DNA of 63,973 nucleotides, the filler included, from Reclinomonas americana ATCC 50394 (Eukaryota), in NCBI GenBank assembly GCA_048213135.1. It is 21 parts of 21 records of this genome, joined end to end, with 100 filler letters (N's around TTAATTAATTAA, not from the genome) between each part and the next. Parts side by side here need not be neighbours in the genome. Positions count along the whole stretch, not along the records: positions 51,053 to 56,281 come from AFZH01019649.1; positions 56,382 to 59,980 come from AFZH01019650.1; positions 60,081 to 62,856 come from AFZH01019653.1; positions 62,957 to 63,973 come from AFZH01019762.1; 17 more parts are not named here. One strand, written 5' to 3'. The notes under the pieces were generated by a model. The model was given only the letters and a program-made list of their open reading frames with translations, did no database searches and had not been told where the DNA came from. Below are positions 50,953-63,145 of this stretch, one piece after another. Position numbers and translations under genes: made by a program. Every line of letters starts with the position of its first letter. Position 1 is the stretch's first letter.

Positions 50953-51211
50953 NNNNNNNNNNNNNNNNNNNNNNNNNNNNNNNNNNNNNNNNNNNNTTAA
51001 TTAATTAANNNNNNNNNNNNNNNNNNNNNNNNNNNNNNNNNNNNNNNNNNNNCGACTGTGGCGAATCCCCTGTGCACCACGGAGGCGAGATCTGGAACGA
51101 TATGGTGCTCGATCTGAGGCCAGCGTCGCCAGCAAAGGAGTGAAGCGACACACTGCTGGAAGAATGCATCAAAACAACTGCGTTAATAATGGTGTACTGT
51201 GTGTTCAATTG

Positions 51212-54200
51212 TCAGTGAGCTTTGCCCCGACTGGGAATGATGAGTGCCTCGAGACTCATGAATGGCCGCTCCACCAGCAAGTACAACAGGTACGACCCGA
51301 CGTAGGCGACGAATATGGCACCGCAGCACTCCACCGTGATTGCCTGCATGTAAGAGAGAGTGTCAGCAACCTCTCCGCACACACAGTGGCCAATGACTGG
51401 CGCGTACCGGAATCGAGTACTGCACAGAGAACAAAAGACATTCAGTCACAGTGCGGAGGACAAGAATGCACCGAGTATTGCTCACCTCGAGGAAGTGCGT
51501 GCGCATCGAGTACGACATCTGAATCCCTGCGAGTGAGAGGACAAGATGAGTGATGCACACGGTACCGGCGGTCACACCAATATACAGACGCACAGGCCGG
51601 ATGCAGCAGGTAGGCGCCGTACGTGAGCCGTGCCAGTGGTGTCCAGTATTCTGCACATCACACGCAACGTCAACATCATACCACGCAACTCCACTGGACA
51701 CGCAACAACTCACCCGCCGACAGGAATCGACGCCACAGATTCGTCACAATCACGAACCGGAACGAACTGCGCCAAGACAAGTATCTGCATCAGCGTCTGC
51801 GTAGACGGAGGAGAAGAAGCGTGTTCGAGACTTGCCTCTTCTTCACACTCTCAATCATCAAGTACAGCATCACCGCAAGCGCGAGACACCAGGCCGGACG
51901 ACTGAATGTAATGTACATGACCTGGTGGTAGTGGTAGTGTGAGATACAACACGCATCAGAAACTCTCGCAGCGACGAAACATTGTTGATGTCGCCCGGCG
52001 TCCAGTTCTGTCCCAGTGACTCGTACAGATTCACCGGACCAAAGACGCACGCACCAAACACCGCAAAGCACGCCAGGTATAGCAGCCAGTGCACCGCAAC
52101 CACCGACCGCGACTCGGAGGTTTGCTCCGCAGCCAGCTTGCCGGTGCGGAATGCCTCCAGTTCACGCTCACGCGCCGCCTCACGCTCGTGCAACACAAAG
52201 GCCAGACCCTGCAAGAATGACGAAGAGTCAGCCACACCCTTCCCACCATTGACGAACAGAGATAGACGTACCACGCCAACCAGGTACGCGGGAACTCGGG
52301 CCCACGGTCGAGCGTAGTAGTAGTTCCTGCAGCAAGCAGAGAAAATGGTCTGTTAGTATCATGGAAGCGTGAGCCAGCACCACAATTGCAGATACCAGTA
52401 GTCGTCATTGGGAGCAATCACATAGAACCACAGTTGCTTAAAGTGCACCACGAGTGCCTGGCCCACCGAAGAAATGAGCAAACATCGACTCCACATCTGA
52501 TTAGCAACCACAACTCACCGACGACAAGAGGCTGCCAAACATCACCACTCCAACCAACGTCCAACCCAACCACCGTCGACGAGCGTACGCGAACAAGAAG
52601 ATCGGTGTAATGGCAAACGCCCAAAAGTCACAGGCCAGGTACCTGTGCAGGTGCGCGCAGGCACTCAGAGGGTTCACTCACAGACATTGTACACGAGAGC
52701 GACGCATGCGCACCACACCCATGGAACGCATTGTGTGTCAAAGTCCCAAGGATAGACCGCATTGAGGAAGAACAACAGTGGCTGCCGACACAGACGAGAG
52801 TCAGCGTCGCATCAGTCAGTAACTATAACGACTACAACCAACCGTCCACCAATACTTGGAGCATCCAGTATCATAAATCGTCTGATACTGAGACCAGAAC
52901 GGTCCATCGCCCACATACGGTGTCAGCTGTGACAAAACGACGACGACGGTGGTGGTGAACACCAAGATCCTCATCAGCACCACGCTTTCACAACCGCAAC
53001 ACTCACCTTCCACACCACAAAGATCATCACCGCCAGACTCGGAGTCAGTCGCCAGATGCGATGGAAGTAGTACAGCAGCAGGTTGAGCGATCCACGCTTC
53101 GGTGGTTCTGTAGGGCGACAGCAGGAGTGTCAGCTGAGGATCTCGTCAGTGGTGAAAGCATACGAGAGATCAAACCATCCAGTCGCTGGTGTGGCAGCAG
53201 CGCTCCGAGGGCCAGATGCGCCACCAACAGGCCCGACAGCATGAAGAATGTGTCGACTGCGAACCTGTGTGCCTGACTGTGAGAAGAGAGTGACAGCATT
53301 GTCTGGCATGTTCGCGACACGGAACTCAGCTGCAAACAGCAACGCATGGGTGAGTACAATTCGTGACACTCATGAGGAAGAAAGACAAGCCACTCACCGC
53401 CAGCAATAATCGCGACAGGCCACTGCGTGCCGAACCCTCCCGGCATGAAAACAGACACCACATTATACACGAAAGCGAGTGCTTCAGACTGCGCGTGTCC
53501 AAGAATACTGGCATCACGAATCGGTCAGCTGGATCTAATCACAGAGGACCAGCACACATTCGCAGCGTCGTCACACGCACATCCAGAACATGGACAACAC
53601 TCGAACACCATTCAGCACTTTCAGTGACCGATCCGGTGACGGAGCGAGAAGCTTTCGCGTGTTTGTGATGGCCGACCATGACAGGAAGAACGTCCGCAGA
53701 ATGTCGGAGCACGACCGCCGTGGCTTCTCCAGCTCTGATTCACACAAGCACACGCACACTGTCACACGGGTGATGGAGAAGCAACATGCATCATCAAGGT
53801 GCAGACGGAACCTGGCAGCTGATACACGATATCTTTCCCCGATCCCTGCACCGAGTTGGAGTGCGGTCGCCGACGAGTCTCGCCGGTGACCGATGAGAAG
53901 TAGCCACTCGTCGTCCCTGCGCGAACGACAAGAGAGTTGGTCAGTAATTTGTGGCGACTTCTTGCGCAACCGGGCCCGGCGCACCGTTGCTTCCGAGCAA
54001 CAGGGAGGTCTCCGTTGGCGCTGCCTGCAAGAGAGTGTGAGGAGAGGCAATCTGATTTGACATGTGCGAGTGCGACAGTCCACGTAACAATGCTGTGGGC
54101 AGCCGACGATGAGGATGGACTCGGTCGCGACGAAAACAGATCGACCAATGATCCTGCTCGGTGCACGGGGTGAGCATGACTGAAGAGAACATGCATTACT

Positions 54201-55039
54201 CTTCACACACACATGCACCAATCAGCACCAGCGTGCCGAGACCGGCCAGCAGTACAATGGCGCCTCGTGCTTCACGCGGCAGTGTGTGGACGACCTGCTC
54301 ATCGGTGCACGACGCGGTGATGCTGCGAAACGCACACACATATACAAAAATTACTCAACGCCCAATACACAGCAGCACCGAGTACGAAAGGAAGCGCAAC
54401 GCAGAAGCGGGAATCGGGGTCTTGGGGAACAGCAAACTGATAAACTCGGCTGCGGTGGCCGGCAGCGTCTCGGAGGTGCACGATCGCGGCACACACATGC
54501 CGATCATGGGCTACAAGGCAGCTTATAAGAAGCAGCGTGCACCGGCGACCGCAAGTACTGCACACACGCACCGGAACCGTCGGATTAACTTTCACCGTCA
54601 CCAGGCAGTAGTGCGCCGACGGAGTGAGATCGGGCTGGATGCAACGCTTGTAGTCGCCTGTGACGAATGAAAGACAGGTGAGCAGCCGGCAGCGGCAACG
54701 TTTGATGGCAACGCGAGGCACCTGCATCACGCGGCGGAGATTTGCCGGTAGACTCGTACAGCTATTTATGTGTGGATGAGATGAGCATGACAGCGGTGAG
54801 GGGGGAAGGGAGAGCAGCTGAAGCAGCAAACCATGGCCTCAGCACCAGGGTAGCTGCGCTCGTAAGCAAGACGGAGTTGCATGAGCATGCGGCGGGTAAA
54901 TGCATGCACACACACAATGCAAGAGACGCAACGTTCCGGCAAGCACTGCACCCCAATCATCTTCACACTTGTCAGCGTGGACAGCCGTTGTCGCGCACAC
55001 CAACAACACCGCCACCACGACAGTGAGCGTGACCCGCAT
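51212..55039 (-). CDS. Eukaryotic multi-exon NRF-6-like O-acyltransferase (acyltransferase 3)
   Basis: Signal peptide; GDYKRC..HYC; VLNGVRVLSMFWIILGH; AVDTFFMLSG; RPWARVPAYLVG; WTPLARLTYGAYLLH; LLVERPF; GT-AG introns. Exons not all resolved. Confidence 0.85.
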
Positions 55040-55196
55040 CGCGGCTCCTCGCACGACGGCGATGACAACACAATGATATGCAGGACACGCTTTTACGTCG
55101 CCGTCTCTTCTCTTTTCCACGCTTCGCCTCATCGTCCCTCCTTTGTTCTCTCTAACGCAAGTGATCATTTCTTTTTCTTGGTGGCATGTGGGGTTT

Positions 55197-55212
55197 GGCG
55201 CTCATAAGCGCC
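55197..55212 (-). other. Histone 3'UTR-type stem-loop downstream of H4
   Basis: GGCGCT-TATG-AGCGCC (6-bp stem, 4-nt loop, U at loop positions 1 and 3), flanked by TCAAT and AAACCCC. Confidence 0.65.
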
Positions 55213-55377
55213 ATTGAAAGAAAATAGAAAGGAGTGCAGCCGCCAAGAAGGAGGCACGCAGTCACACCGATAGTGGTGTGCACGTGTGGGCCCGTGCCCT
55301 GCAAGTGGCCGCCAACAACAGCAGCCAGAACTGAAGGTTGATGTTGTTGTTGTTGTGGAGTGGTGGGTGATGATGAT

Positions 55378-55713
55378 TTATCCACCAAAGCCGTAGATGG
55401 TGCGGCCCTGGCGCTTGAGCGCGTAGACCACGTCCATGGCAGTGACGGTCTTGCGGCGGCCGTGCTCGGTGTAGGTCACAGCGTCGCGAATGACGTTCTC
55501 GAGGAAGGTCTTGAGCACGTTGCGGGTCTCGTCGTAGATGAGGCCCGAAATGCGCTTGACACCACCACGGCGCGCCAAGCGGCGGATAGCCGGCTTGGTG
55601 ATGCCCTGAATGTTGTCACGGAACACCTTCTTGTGGCGCTTGGCGCCGCCCTTGCCCAGGCCCTTGCCGCCAGAGCCGAATCCCTTTCCGCCGCCCTTTC
55701 CGCGTCCAGACAT
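55378..55713 (-). CDS. H4: Histone H4 with extended N-terminal tail (111 aa)
   Basis: [25 protein letters not shown]...[24 protein letters not shown]. Confidence 0.98.
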   Translation of the reverse strand: MSGRGKGGGKGFGSGGKGLGKGGAKRHKKVFRDNIQGITKPAIRRLARRGGVKRISGLIYDETRNVLKTFLENVIRDAVTYTEHGRRKTVTAMDVVYALKRQGRTIYGFGG

Positions 55714-56088
55714 GCTTGCTTGTTACTGCACACACAGAGAGGGAGGGAGAGCATGAGCAACCACGTTCAAGCGGTGGGTATGGAGGAAGTGACGAGCTTT
55801 GCTCACCGAAGTGATCAGAAAAATCTGTGAGTGAAAGTGATGGGAGATTGGCGCCAAATGAGTGGCAAACCGATTTCCCGCCTTCCACATTCGGATTCCC
55901 AAGAGGGGTGCATCTCCGCTCATGCACCACGCATCCGTCGACCTGGGGTTTGCTGATCTCACCCGTTTTCAAGTGTTCCCCGTGAGCAAAGGTCGGCCAC
56001 CCCCCTTCCTCCGTTTGCTTTTCCCTCGCACAAGTCTTCTCACTCACCACTTCATACACACGCACACAGTCAACTACTCTCATTCATC

Positions 56089-56219
56089 ATGCCGCCGAAG
56101 ACCGCTGCTAAGGCCCAGAAGGCCCCCAAGGCCGTGAAGAGCGCCCCCGCGTCCAGCTCTGCTGACAAGAAGAAGAAGCAGAAGAAGCGTGTGGAGACCT
56201 TCTCGTCCTACATCTACAA
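56089..56219 (+). CDS. H2B: Histone H2B, first exon (truncated)
   Basis: Lys/Ala-rich tail then KKRVETFSSYIYK, followed by GTTGAGT and intron-like sequence. Confidence 0.9.
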
Positions 56220-56417
56220 GTTGAGTTTTCCCTCGCTCACTCTCTCGTCAAGTGTGCATGTCAAACTGACCTTGTATACAANNNNNNNNNNNNNNNNNNN
56301 NNNNNNNNNNNNNNNNNNNNNNNNNTTAATTAATTAANNNNNNNNNNNNNNNNNNNNNNNNNNNNNNNNNNNNNNNNNNNNCACTCACACTCATACTCGC
56401 ACTTGTCTCTGCCACAG

Positions 56418-56897
56418 AGCGTGCGATTGTACTCGGTGTCTGGCAACGAAATGCTGCGCCAGTGGTCACATCGCAGTGCAGCGCTCGATTGCGCCTTTGG
56501 CTCCGACGCCAACGAGTGCTACTCGGGCGGTCTCGACTGCCGCGTCATACGGTACATGCACTCACACTCTCTGTCACACACATGCATGCATGCATCAATT
56601 TCTGTGCATTGCATTTTGACTTGTCCCTCCCCTCTCTCTCTCTGTCTCTCAGGTATGAACCGACGACGGGTCAAGAGGTGCTGGTTGGCGAGCACAGCAA
56701 GGCGGTGCGGTGTGTGGAGTACTCGGCGGCGCAGGGCATTCTGTGCTCTGGATCGTGGGATGCCACGGTCAAGCTGTGGGACATGCGGGCGGCGCAGGTG
56801 AGGGAGAGGGAGAAGAGAGGGGGGAGAGAAGAAGGATAGGAGGTCAGCAGCGTTTCTTGGATCGCTCTCGTCACACCTCTCTGCACCGATGTCTGTA

Positions 56898-56930
<33 letters not shown>

Positions 56931-57733
56931 GCGTGTGTGAGGCTGTGTGTCGAGCTGGTGCGCTGTTGTCGTGTCGCTCAGATCTCTCTGCGTACACAGT
57001 CGGTGAGCACGCTGGAGGTGCCGGATCGTGTGTATTCCATGTCGGTGTGCGATCAGGTGTTGGTGGTGGCCACGGCCGAGCGACATGTGTTTGTGTATGA
57101 TTTGCGGAGACCCGACAAGCCGGAGCAACGTCGTGAGTCGGCGCTCAAGTACCAGACGCGGTGCGTGTCGGTGTATCCGAATCGCGAGGGTTACGCACTC
57201 GGCTCGATCGAGGGTCGTGTGGCGATGGAGTACTTTGATCCGTCGGAGGTTTGTCCTTTCAGCAGTGTGTTGTCTCGCTCTCCACTGTGCCCACTCTCTC
57301 TCCCTCTCGTGTACACAGGCGGGTCAAGCACGCAAGTTCGCCTTCAAGTGCCACCGACAAAAGATCAACGGCATCGACCATGTGTATCCGGTCAACGCCA
57401 TTGCATTCCACCCGGTGTATGGCACGTTTGCGACTGGCGGTTGCGATCGCAAGGTGTCGATGTGGGACGGCGGCAACAAGAAGAAGCTGGTCGATTTCGA
57501 GTACCCATGCAGCATCGCGTCGCTCTCCTTTAGCTACAATGGTCTGCTGCTGGCGGTTGCGTCGTCGTACACATTCGAGGAGGGCGAGAAGGAGTTGCGC
57601 CACCACACCAAACACACATCTATCTGTGTGCCACACATACTCTTTTCTCACACGCACATGTGCCCGCGACAGTCACGCTCCCGACCAAATCTTCATCCGC
57701 ACTGTGGCCGACAAGGAGGTGCGGCCCAGGTAA
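56418..57733 (+). CDS. BUB3: BUB3 spindle checkpoint WD40 protein (multi-exon, 5'-truncated)
   Basis: [65 protein letters not shown]. Confidence 0.92.
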
Positions 57734-57871
57734 CGCATCGTGGTGGCATGTAGCACTGCGCCGCGCTCTCAGGCTGGCTGGTGGTTTGTTTTTTTGACGA
57801 CGGCAATACTGCGATGTGTGTGGGGATGAAAAAATGCAAGACAGGTTCCAGTGGTATTTATTTCTTGTGAC

Positions 57872-59535
57872 TCATGCATACGAGCCAAGCTCCATCGACA
57901 TGAGACTCTGCTCGTTCTTGTCGTTGCATCTGCGCGGCAGAGAGAGAGCACAAGCAGCAACAGTGCGTGGTCAGCAATCTCACCCACTGCGCGTGATTGT
58001 CAGAAAAGCTGACGACGCAACGGCCACAAGTCGTCCTTGGGACACTCGTGTGGCTTGAACGATTCGCCCTGCAGCAAACGTGAGTGTGTGCGCCACCCAG
58101 TGCAGGTCAAGCGCGTGTGTGCGCCGACGCAACTCCAAAATTAATGGGCTCCAGCAGCTCGGAGAAGCAGGCGGGATAGTCGGGCGACGTCTCTAATCTC
58201 AGTGTGCTGGCCCGCCCCGTGTGCAACAGCAAATTGTACTTGAAGGCGAACGGCCGACGGCCGCGTGTTTCCGAGCGGCTGCGCTCGGTCTCGCCCAAGA
58301 ACCACTCAACCAGCAAGTGATCTGGTGGCCGACGGGCCCATCCCTCGCGGAAGTACGACGCCAGCACCGCCACATCGCTGAAATGCACGAGTGCACCATT
58401 CAGGCCGAAGGACACGCGAATCGCCGACCATTGCTCGCCGCGCCGCTCCTCGGCCTTGTCGGTGATGTAGAGCAGTGTGCGCAGGGAGTGCGGGCAAAAG
58501 TTCATGTCGTCCTCGGCCAGCATAAAGTACTGCGCGCCGCCGTCGTACCTGCCAATAAACATGTGAGGAAGAAGAAGAGGCGGTGACCACAGCATCCGTG
58601 GCACGCAACTTGGCCACCGACTCCAGCAGCATCACCACATCGCGTGTCTGCTCCATCACCCGTGAACTGGGCACATTGGGGCTGCCTCGCGTGTCGGGAA
58701 ACGGTTGCAGTTGTCCCTTGGAGCGCGGCTCATTGTCGCGAAAGGCAAAGTGCGCGGCCAGCATCGGGTTGCTGAGGAACTCGCGCTTGAGGTTCTCATA
58801 CACCGGATGCTGGCCGGGGCGATTGTTGAAGATGACGAAAAGCACCTTGCCGAACAGCGGGTGCGTCGGATGCCGCGGCAACTCGCGCGCAATCGATCGC
58901 AGAGTGCCGGTGAGGTAGTCCTCGCGCGCGCGTGGAATCGTGGGAATCCCGACCACCAGCCATCGCTTCTGCCGATCGTCCATGCTGGCGGCCAGTGAGC
59001 TCGTCGCCGCGGGAATGTTCGGGCACGGTGGTGGCTCCGGGCAGTCTGTAAGATCGTCGTCATTGCAAGCTTCTCTTTGCTCACCACGATTCAGCACGTG
59101 CAACGCACCCTCCAGCACCTCCACCACCACATCCTTTGTCGACGAAGACGATGCAGCAGCAGCCGCAGCCGCAGCCGCAGCTGCAGCAGCTGCTGCAGCA
59201 GTGGCCGAGGGCGACGCAACTGCACCGACCTCGCGACACACCGCCCGCAATCGATCGACATCCTCGCGCAACGCATCCAACTCGGTGGAGAACTCCTGCA
59301 CCGCCTTTTGCGTCTCCTCCGCCTCCGCATGCCGCTGCTCCCGCAACTCGGCACACGCGGTCGCTGTTTCCCCTTCCCCCTCCTTGGCTACAGTGTCCTT
59401 TTCGCCCACGTGCACCACATGCGCCTGTCGCGGTGTCGACGTGTACACCCACACAACGAGCACAAGGAAGACGCCGGTCAGCGCCAACGCCACCTGTCGC
59501 ACAGCAGGCGACGACACTGACGACGTTGGCGCCAT
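57872..59535 (-). CDS. Type II membrane GT-A glycosyltransferase, MGAT4/GT54-like; introns 58549-58609, 58069-58133, 57930-58021
   Basis: N-terminal TM anchor, stem with poly-Ala, VGIPTIPR..DYL..TL, QTRD, YFMLAEDD, PPDHL, LHTG..STL, DDLWPC after splicing. Confidence 0.75.
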
Positions 59536-59598
59536 CCACGCGTCACACTGAGACAGGCTGTCCTCCCCGTGTCCCCTTTGTGTTTGTGTGGATAGGAG

Positions 59599-59922
59599 AT
59601 GTGGTCGTTCCTCGGCAGTGTCTTGTGCTACTTGCTGTACGCGCTGGTGGCGGCTGTGCTTGTGCAGTGCTCAGTGGCACTCTATCGCATGTTTGTGGCG
59701 CCTCGAGAGTACCGCGGCAAGCATGTGTTTATCACTGGAGGATCCACGTTGCGTCGACGACTCTGTGTCTCTCTGTGTGCATGTTGCTCTGTGCTCATTG
59801 TGTGATGCAGTGGCATTGGACTGAGCATTGCGCACAAGTTTGCCCGTCGCGGAGCGAATGTGGTGGTGTGTTCGCGCACAGAGAGCAAGCTGCGAGCGGC
59901 TGTCGACGAGCTGGAGAAGAAG
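59599..59922 (+). CDS. SDR, 3-ketodihydrosphingosine reductase-like (first two exons; intron 59748-59810)
   Basis: N-terminal TM then KHVFITGGSTGIGLSIA...GANVVVCSR..SKL after splicing. Confidence 0.75.
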
Positions 59923-60253
59923 GCGCGTCTCTCTCTCTCTCTCATTGGCACCCCAGTCCAGCTGTGTGACTTTGTCGAGCNNNNNNNNNNNNNNNNNNNN
60001 NNNNNNNNNNNNNNNNNNNNNNNNTTAATTAATTAANNNNNNNNNNNNNNNNNNNNNNNNNNNNNNNNNNNNNNNNNNNNTTCGTGAATGCATCGACTCG
60101 TTGCGAGAATGTCGGCTTCTTCTGCTGTGCAGAGGGTGGTGGTGGCGATGATGCACCCTCCACTCTCGCATGTGCGCCGTCCTCCACCATGCCACACCTT
60201 CTTCGCTCGCAGAGACACAAGAGAGCAACGAAGAGAGCGAGTAGAGACAGGGA

Positions 60254-61542
60254 TTGATGATTGATCAGATCCGTCCGTCTTTGGTCGTGTTTATTAATAG
60301 TGCGGATCGGAGAGTTGTCTTTGTGATGAACGCGTCGGTGCTGGAGGATCTGAGCGAGTTCGCCGTGCATCACAACCTGCGCCTGTTGCGTAAGCGTGTG
60401 GGCGAGTGGATCCGATCGGGCGACGAGGAAGCATCCGCGTGGAGCGATGAGGAGGTGGAGGCGATCCTCAGCGATCGCGATCGCGTGGCGGCGAGACTGG
60501 CGGCGATGCCGCGAGAGGCGTGCGTGTTGGTGACGACTGGTACGTTGTGTGAGGTGTGATGTGCGTGTGTGTATGCGTCTCTGTGGTGCCGACGAGCCAA
60601 CAGGATCGTTCTGCCCGCCGCATCGGAGCCATTTCAAGGTCGGTGTGCGTCGTTTGTCGTCCACTGACAACTCCCGCTGACGGTAGACGCAGTTGTTTCG
60701 TGCGGCCAAGAAGCACTTGGAGGCGGAGCCACGCAACCTGCACGTGCTGGCCGGTCTGATGTCGCCGAGTCATGATGTGTACACGTCGTCGAAGCTGCGG
60801 CACGAACGCGGTCACATTCCGTCGATGCATCGCCTGCGCATGCTGCAACGGGCGCTCGATGGTGAAGAGGAGCTGGCCGACCTGCGCGAGTGGGTCACGG
60901 TGGATCCGTGGGAGTCGTGTCAGGAGGGTTTCGTCAACTTTCCCAGCGTGGTGCGCCACCTGCAGGCGGAAATCGACGACATGTTCCCCGGGCTGCGCAC
61001 ACTCTACCTGTGTGGGGAGGATCTGTGTCGCAACTGCAACCTCTGGTTCTATCCGTTGCGTGGGGGAGATGGGCCCGCAAAGAATGTCGTGTCAAGGTAA
61101 TAATATCTTTGTCGCGTGGCAGGCACGTGGTGTGTGTTCGTCGACGCGAGTCGGATGCAGACGGTGATGAAGACGACGATGATGACGACGACGACGACGA
61201 CTTCTACCGCCAGAGGAGAAAGGTGCCGGCCAACACCAAGTGTTACGTGGTGGACGCGGACCACGCCGAACCCGACACGTTGAGCAGCACCACAGTTCGG
61301 AATCGCGTTCGCCAAGTTGCGTGGCTCCTGTATCACCAATGCTGCTGGGAATGCACTCACCAGTGTGATCCTCTCCCGTGTGCGCAGGGTTGGTTATCGC
61401 AGCTGCAGAGATCCCAACACATCTGCTTCCTTGTTCTGACTCCTATACAGGCAAGGGCGTGTCGCACATCACCTTTCCGTCCGTCGAAGAGTACTTGATC
61501 GAACATCAGCTGCTGACCTCGTCGAGACGGCATGACAAGTAA
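60254..61542 (+). CDS. Nicotinamide/nicotinate mononucleotide adenylyltransferase-like (multi-exon; start uncertain)
   Basis: Spliced TTGSFCPPHRSH (HxxH), SPSHDVY, HRLRM, VDPWES.Q, YLCGEDL, LSSTTVR, PSVEEYL. Confidence 0.75.
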
Positions 61543-61640
61543 GCAGGAGGGCACACACAACACAGCCTGTAACCAAGTAAATTCGTGACAACAGATTCTA
61601 GAGAGAGATGAAGAGAGAGAGAGTCAAACGGTCGGCGTTG

Positions 61641-62712
61641 TCACCGCAGCTCCACGTGCAGTCGGTCGCGAGTGAGACACCGCACGTCCTCCTGGATGTC
61701 GTCGACCTCCTCGTTGGTCATGCTCCGTTCCATGCTGCGGTATGTGATGCGGTAGCACAGGCTGCGACGGCCAGTCTTCGGGTGTTTAAAGTCGTCGATG
61801 CGCTTGACAGTTTCCACCAGGTCACCGGCACGTTCGCGCACCAACTCCATGAGGTCGTTCTCCACAAACGGTGCCGCGGCACTCTCCCAGAAACTCATGT
61901 CCTTGAAACATGGCGGGTACTTGCTGAAGGGTCGGAACTTGACAATCTCGCCACGCCGGAACTGCGAGGTGAATCGCTCGTCTGCGCACATACTCAGCAA
62001 AGGCGAGGCAGGATGTGGGGTGCTGTCACCGGCGCCTCACCATCAGACCAAAACAGACGAATGTCGGTGATCTCAAACAGAATCATGGCCAGTCGATCAA
62101 GACCGAGACCAAAGGCCCAGCCGTTGTCGCGGTCGGGTACGCCACACTGCTGCAAAATCTTGCGTGCCACCACGCCACACCCCAGCACCTCCATCCACTT
62201 GTCGTTGTAGTAGATCTCCAGCTCCAACGACGGATCCGTGAACGGGAAGTACGCCTCCACCCAGCGCATCTCCACGTTGCCAAACAGACTGCGCGTCACC
62301 GACTCGAGACGCGCCTTTAAATCGGCCTCCACCAGTGCCGTGGCCACTGGAGCGTCGGGTGAACTTCCGGGCAACTCGCCCGGTGAAAAGATCCGCACAC
62401 CCTCCATCTGGTGAAACACCGGGTAGTGATGGCTGTCGACTTCATCGCGGCGGTACACATCGCCGGAGCACAAAAAGGCACGATGGCCGGCACGAATCAA
62501 CTGCGATACCAGAGGGAGGTCAGCGCAAGAGTGTGTGGCGAAGGGGAGACGGGCCAAACCTGATTCTGATGTGCCGATGTGTGAGTGCGCAGCAGTGTCT
62601 GCGAGTCGTAGTAGTATGTGTCGTGAGGTGATCGACTGACGTGGTCGGTGGGGATGAGCAGCTCGTCAAAGTTCTGCTGCACGGTCACCCGAGGCGGCAG
62701 CGAGTCGGCAAA
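61641..62712 (-). CDS. FARS2: Mitochondrial/organellar monomeric phenylalanyl-tRNA synthetase (multi-exon, 5'-truncated)
   Basis: NFDELL..DH.SR...[53 protein letters not shown]-terminal anticodon-binding [10 protein letters not shown]. Confidence 0.93.
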
Positions 62713-62784
62713 CTGTGCATGCATGCAGGCATCGATGCATCAGCGACAAATGTCAATCTTCAGCATGCACAAAATGCATGCATT

Positions 62785-62787
<3 letters not shown>

Positions 62788-62837
<50 letters not shown>
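62788..62837. repeat. (CA)n microsatellite, about 25 units, intronic
   Basis: Direct reading. Confidence 0.95.
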
Positions 62838-62838
<1 letters not shown>

Positions 62839-62956
62839 CGCACGACAACAGTACGGNNNNNNNNNNNNNNNNNNNNNNNNNNNNNNNNNNNNNNNNNNNN
62901 TTAATTAATTAANNNNNNNNNNNNNNNNNNNNNNNNNNNNNNNNNNNNNNNNNNNN

Positions 62957-63120
62957 CTTCCCCCTTCTCTTCCCCCTTCTCTTCCCCCTTCGCTTCCCCC
63001 TTCGCTTCCCCCTTCGTCTCCCCCCTTTGGTCTTCTCCCTCCGTCTTCCCCCCTTCGCTTCCCCCCTCGTGCTTCCCCCTTCGCTTCGCTTCCCCTTTCT
63101 CTCTCTTTTCTTCCTACTTC
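62957..63120. repeat. Polypyrimidine 12-mer tandem repeat CTTCCCCCTTC(T/G), degenerating
   Basis: Direct reading; about 5 clean units then decay. Confidence 0.85.
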
Positions 63121-63145
63121 TCACCCCCTTCCCAATGTCATCAGC

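Noticed and set aside
55378..56281. Histone genes horizontally acquired by the bacterium
   Set aside because: They lie on a separate intron-rich eukaryotic contig; adjacency is only through a linker.
61311..61455. Non-canonical TT-AG introns (AAG|TTGCGT)
   Set aside because: It fits the frame only here; six other introns need the cut before GT, so a lost G in a GG run is simpler.
4802..62956. Regularly recurring TTAATTAATTAA as a CRISPR or biological repeat
   Set aside because: Always embedded in fixed-length N runs; it is an artificial six-frame-stop linker.
62957..63120. Telomeric repeat or Arg/Lys-rich protamine-like ORF
   Set aside because: Degenerate polypyrimidine tract leading into a splice acceptor, like other intronic low-complexity DNA here.
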